Assembly (NCBI GenBank): GCA_022844165.1
Contig: JALHMH010000008.1
Span: 64,001-128,000 of the forward strand
DNA from: Lysobacterales bacterium
GTDB taxonomy: Bacteria; Pseudomonadota; Gammaproteobacteria; Xanthomonadales; SZUA-5
Direction of reading: 5' to 3'
DNA: 64,000 nt
In this document: positions 60,512-64,000 of the stretch, piece after piece
Position numbering within the stretch: the stretch's first letter is position 1
Layout: each line of letters opens with the position of its first letter
Made by a program: the position numbers and the translations under genes
The notes under the pieces: generated by a model
The model's input: the letters and a program-made list of their open reading frames with translations, nothing else
Database searches by the model: none
Told to the model about the DNA's origin: nothing

Positions 60512-60837
60512 CACCGACGCTGCCGTTGTTCGTGTGCGCTGAGGCGGTGGATTTTCGTCTCGGGATCGATGGTCTGGCGCTGCGGGTGCAGGCGAGTCTG
60601 GGTCCGCAGCGGGCGTTGAATGCTGCGCATGTGTTTTTCAATCGGGGGCGGGACAAGGTCAAGGTGCTGTGGTACGACCGGCACGGCTGGTGGTTGATGT
60701 ACAAGCGCCTGGAGCGCGGTCGATTTGCCTCAATACCGAGCGGCGCGCTGAGCGATGTTGAGCTGCGGTTGGTGCTCGAAGGCGTGGATTTATCGGTGCG
60801 TCGATTTGCCCCGGTACGCGGGGTGCGAGTGGCATGA
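60508..60837 (+). CDS. tnpB: IS66 accessory protein TnpB
   Basis: VDFRLGIDGL, VFFNRGRDKVKVLWYD and KRLERGRF. Confidence 0.92.
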   Translation: MTPTLPLFVCAEAVDFRLGIDGLALRVQASLGPQRALNAAHVFFNRGRDKVKVLWYDRHGWWLMYKRLERGRFASIPSGALSDVELRLVLEGVDLSVRRFAPVRGVRVA

Positions 60838-60911
60838 GAAGAGTATGGCTTTTTGCCGGCAATATGCTGATTTTGCTGGCTTTTTGCGTGGCGATTCGTA
60901 GTGTTTCTGAC

Positions 60912-62444
60912 ATGCAGATTGCCACCGACGATGCCCCAGTTCCTGCCGAAGTCCACCGCGCTGTGGTGGCCAAGCTTGAGGCGCTGACGATCGCATTCGA
61001 GAAACTTCAATTGCAGTTCCAAACGCTGCTCCGCCAGCGCTTCGGATCGAGCAGCGAGAACATCAAACAAATCCCACTGTTCGGCAGCATGGATGTCGAA
61101 GTTATCGAACAGGACAAGGTGTCGACGCCCGCGCCGCCGGCGAAGAAGGTCGTGGCGCGCGAGCGCGTGCTGTTGCCCAAAGACTTGCCAGTGATACGCG
61201 AAGTGATCGATGTGCCGGAGGCCGACAAGCTCGCGGCCGACGGCACGCCGAAGACGCAGATCGGCGAAGAGATCACGGTGAAGCTGGGCTATCGCCCGGC
61301 GGCATTCTTCAAGCGCGAGATCGTGCGGCCGAAGTACGCCGATCCGGCGGTGCCGGAGGCGGGCGTGACGATCGCTGCGCTGCCGCCGCAACTGCTCGAT
61401 GGTTCGTTTCTTGACGCCACCTTAGGCGCTCACCTGCTGGTCTCGAAATATGGCGATCACCTGCCGCTGTATCGCCTGGAAGACATCTACGCACGCGGCG
61501 GCGTGGCGCTGTCGCGCAGCACCTTGTGCGATTGGGTGATCGTGCTGACGGATCGCTGGCTGCGGCCGCTGGCGCAGGCGCTGAAGGTGCAACTGCTGCA
61601 GCAGAACGTGATCCATGTCGATGAGACGCCGCTGCCGCTGCAGCGCGATGGTCGGGTGGTCAAAGCGCGGCAATGGACCTACACCAGCCGCGATCCGAAG
61701 ATCACGCTGTACGAGTTCACCGAGGACAAGGAAGGCGTGCACGTTCGCGAGTTCTTGCAAGGCTGGCGCGGGTATCTGCAAGCCGATGCCGCGAGCAATT
61801 ACGATGCGCTATATCGCACGCGGCCTGAGGTGGTCGAAGTCGGATGCTGGGCGCATGCGCGGCGCAAGTTCTTCGATGTCGCAGCGGCAGCGGATAAGAA
61901 CGCCAAGCCGGGCGAGAAGCCGCAGCGCATCCTCGCGCATGATGCGCTGGAGATGATCGGCGAGCTGTTCGCCATCGAACGCGCGGCCACTGAGGCGGGC
62001 GACGATCACAAACAGCGGCGAGCGCGGCGACGATCGCAGGCGCAACCTGTCCTCGACAAGATCAAAGCCTGGTGCGAAGACAAACTTGCAGACGTCCTGC
62101 CGAAATCACCGACGGCGGGTGCGCTCAGCTATCTGCTCAAGCGCTGGGACGTGTTCACGCGTTACTTAGAAGACGGTCGCATCGCCATCGACAACAACGC
62201 CGCCGAGCGCGCATTGCGGCCGGTGACGATCGGTCGCAAGAACTGGCTATTCGCCGGTAGCAACCGCGGCGGCGACGCGTGCGCCATCGCCATGAGTTTG
62301 ATCGCCACCGCCAAGGCACATGGCCACGATCCGCTCGCGTATCTCACCGATGTGCTGGCGCGATTGCCGACGCTGAAGGCCAAAGACATCGACAGCTTGC
62401 TGCCGATGAATTGGACAGCGCCAAAACAACCAACGACTGCCTGA
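60912..62444 (+). CDS. tnpC: IS66 DDE transposase TnpC
   Basis: FGSSSE, KYGDHLPLYR, HVDETP, GCWAHARRKF and IDNNAAERALR...GRKNWLFAGS. Confidence 0.95.
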   Translation: MQIATDDAPVPAEVHRAVVAKLEALTIAFEKLQLQFQTLLRQRFGSSSENIKQIPLFGSMDVEVIEQDKVSTPAPPAKKVVARERVLLPKDLPVIREVIDVPEADKLAADGTPKTQIGEEITVKLGYRPAAFFKREIVRPKYADPAVPEAGVTIAALPPQLLDGSFLDATLGAHLLVSKYGDHLPLYRLEDIYARGGVALSRSTLCDWVIVLTDRWLRPLAQALKVQLLQQNVIHVDETPLPLQRDGRVVKARQWTYTSRDPKITLYEFTEDKEGVHVREFLQGWRGYLQADAASNYDALYRTRPEVVEVGCWAHARRKFFDVAAAADKNAKPGEKPQRILAHDALEMIGELFAIERAATEAGDDHKQRRARRRSQAQPVLDKIKAWCEDKLADVLPKSPTAGALSYLLKRWDVFTRYLEDGRIAIDNNAAERALRPVTIGRKNWLFAGSNRGGDACAIAMSLIATAKAHGHDPLAYLTDVLARLPTLKAKDIDSLLPMNWTAPKQPTTA

Positions 62445-62761
62445 TCCGGCGATGTTTGGCTAGATGTGCGGCGTCGGACGGATACGCTTTTCGCAACTCC
62501 AACAAGCCCACCGATCCGCAGCCCCGCGCACTGTTTGACGACAGCATCGAACACAGCGCCGGCCACTCATTTTGCAAAGGAGATTACGCAACGACTCGAC
62601 GATTCAACCGCATCGCAAACGCACCGCTCAGCGCAGAGCACGGCTAAACTCGGCCAACGTTTATCGATGCGCCCACAGCCAATCGGCAACGCGCCAGACA
62701 ACAGCCAAAGCGCGAAGATCTTTCCCCTATAAAGATGACACCAACCTGCGAGACCGGGCTT

Positions 62762-62814
62762 GTTCAACCCGGGATAGATCGCGGCTTCGCGCGATCTATC
62801 CCTATTCGTTAGGC
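62762..62814. other. attC-like hairpin at the 3' end of the IS91-like element (53 bp)
   Basis: GTTCAAC-cc-GGGATAGATCGCG-gcttcg-CGCGATCTATCCC-tattc-GTTAGGC. Confidence 0.75.
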
Positions 62815-63210
62815 CGCACTCGTGGCAGTGGAAGGCTGGAAGTAGATGTAGCGCCAGACTACCTGCCAGCCAGATGAGCCAAGTTCGAAGAAGAGTTGGT
62901 CTGTTCCTTCCTCCGACTTGGGTCCGCTCTCGCGCTGGTAGGTCATTCTCCAGTTAAACGTGTAGACAGCGCTTGTTTCCCAAGTCCTGAGCACGTGACT
63001 CGACTCTGAGTACTCGAGCACAGCAGCGTTGCTTGCGAACTCTCGATAGCTCTCGGCGCACTTCTCCCCACCAGCGGCAAACTCGACAAACCCTGGGCCA
63101 ACTATGACCGCCTTTTGGTGAAAGCAGTCCTCCAGTCCGTCAAACTGCTTCGTCTTCCATGCGGCATCGATGATTCCAATTACCTTCCGTATAGCGGTCT
63201 CGTCTGGCAT
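62809..63210 (-). CDS. NTF2-like / DUF4440 protein in a gene cassette
   Basis: SnoaL-like pattern (AAWKTKQFDGLEDCFH...GWQVVWR); GGAGG RBS; stop lies in GCCTAAC; cassette ends are 12-bp inverted (GTTAGGCCGCAC). Confidence 0.8.
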   Translation of the reverse strand: MPDETAIRKVIGIIDAAWKTKQFDGLEDCFHQKAVIVGPGFVEFAAGGEKCAESYREFASNAAVLEYSESSHVLRTWETSAVYTFNWRMTYQRESGPKSEEGTDQLFFELGSSGWQVVWRYIYFQPSTATSAA

Positions 63211-63283
63211 CTTGGTCCTCCACGGGTTCAAGGCGCTTCGCCCGGATTCTGCTGCAGAAGAGGGGCAGTGCGGTTCCTGTGCG

Positions 63284-63418
63284 GCCTAACGTTGCGATAA
63301 GCGGTAGTTTTTCTGTTGCGCTTTTGAGTTACACTCAATGAGCACCGCGAATTTAAAAGCGCAACAGAAAAACTATCCAGTGGAGCGAAGCGGAACGAGC
63401 TTGATCGCCTTGTTAGCG
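63284..63418 (-). other. Long attC site (135 bp)
   Basis: Minus strand: CGCTAAC, ATCAAGC...GCTTAT, GTTAGGC; perfect internal 21-bp stem 63305-63325 / 63355-63375. Confidence 0.88.
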
Positions 63419-63419
63419 A

Positions 63420-63854
63420 TTACCAAAATTTCCACCATGATTTTTTCGCGTTGCCACTTCCAAAGCCTTCAGGGTGCTTCACGCCAGAATCACCGATTAT
63501 TTCCCAAGACGCTTTTGAGTCAACATACATATGATGAGCCACCTTTAGCTTTTCTTGGCCAACAGTAATGGTGCCCACAGGAATGTACATATTGCTTTCG
63601 TCATTCTCTCCAGGAAGCGCTGACCCACAAACACTGCAAAAGTATGAATGCCAATCATGCTTGGGCTTTGACCAGTAAGTTATCTTGTCTTGGCCTCTTA
63701 TCCAAGTGAACTTGTCGCGCCCGACTATCGACACAGCGATTCCACCGCTACCGGTCGATTTGCGACAGATCGAACAATGGCAGATGAACACGTCCGAAAT
63801 TTCGGTATCTACTTTGTACGCAACAGCTCCGCAGTTACATTCTCCCTCAATCAC
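63420..63854 (-). CDS. GFA / CENP-V family protein in a gene cassette
   Basis: GECNCG, CHCSICRK and FCSVCGS zinc motifs; GAGGAG RBS; AT-rich; flanked by GTTAGCG and CGCTAAC. Confidence 0.9.
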   Translation of the reverse strand: MIEGECNCGAVAYKVDTEISDVFICHCSICRKSTGSGGIAVSIVGRDKFTWIRGQDKITYWSKPKHDWHSYFCSVCGSALPGENDESNMYIPVGTITVGQEKLKVAHHMYVDSKASWEIIGDSGVKHPEGFGSGNAKKSWWKFW

Positions 63855-63878
63855 GTTTTGACTCCTCTTCGTGTGCCC

Positions 63879-63951
63879 CGCTAACGCTGGAGCTAAGCGG
63901 CCACATCAATCGCGAAGCGATTGATTGGTCCGCTTGAGCGAACTGTTGAAC
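63879..63951 (-). other. attC site (73 bp) whose R'' box is the end of the right inverted repeat
   Basis: Minus strand: GTTCAAC, CTCAAGC...ATCAATCGC-ttc-GCGATTGAT...GCTTAG, GTTAGCG. Confidence 0.88.
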
Positions 63952-64000
63952 GAAGCCGCTACGCGGAGAAGTGGTCTTCGGGATGAGGATTGCGGCGTAA
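63945..64000 (-). repeat. Right copy of the inverted repeat (reaches the window edge)
   Basis: Exact reverse complement of 57112-57167. Confidence 0.95.

Larger units (their letters stand above)
60241..62485 (+). mobile_element. Complete IS66-family insertion sequence (2245 bp)
   Basis: 26-bp terminal IRs (GTAAGCGTCCGACGCCGCACATCTAG; 24/26 identical); 8-bp target duplication GCTTTTCG at 60233-60240 and 62486-62493; tnpA-tnpB-tnpC. Confidence 0.96.

Noticed and set aside
57580-63951. CRISPR array
   Set aside because: The recurring motifs are dissimilar attC hairpins separated by gene-sized segments; no identical direct repeats or cas genes.

Overview
High-GC chromosomal window whose gene content and order (surE-pcm-nlpD, thrA-thrB, priA, nfuA, aceF, metB, DUF2066/AI-2E/hda) point to a Xanthomonadales bacterium, probably Rhodanobacteraceae-like; the taxonomy is inferred. 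Bases 1-36 kb are mostly housekeeping genes. Bases 36-57 kb are accessory: an MmeI-like Type IIL restriction-modification gene, two of the three Ser/Thr kinase-TPR proteins (the third is at 29-32 kb), an ECF sigma factor, secreted beta-propeller proteins ending in a shared NGFE motif, and a LytS/LytTR pair. Bases 57.1-64 kb are a mobile region with no integrase gene in view. It holds two convergent integron-type cassette arrays, each starting from one copy of a perfect inverted repeat of at least 56 bp that ends in CGGCTTCGTTCAAC. Between them lie a BrnT/BrnA toxin-antitoxin pair, an inactivated IS91-family transposase with a related end, and an intact IS66. Notable non-coding signals are a DARS-like DnaA-box/IHF cluster downstream of priA, five tandem MetJ boxes upstream of metB, and two paired ECF promoter motifs read directly from the sequence. 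No rRNA, tRNA or CRISPR array was recognised. Product calls rest on motif recognition by eye, not database searches.
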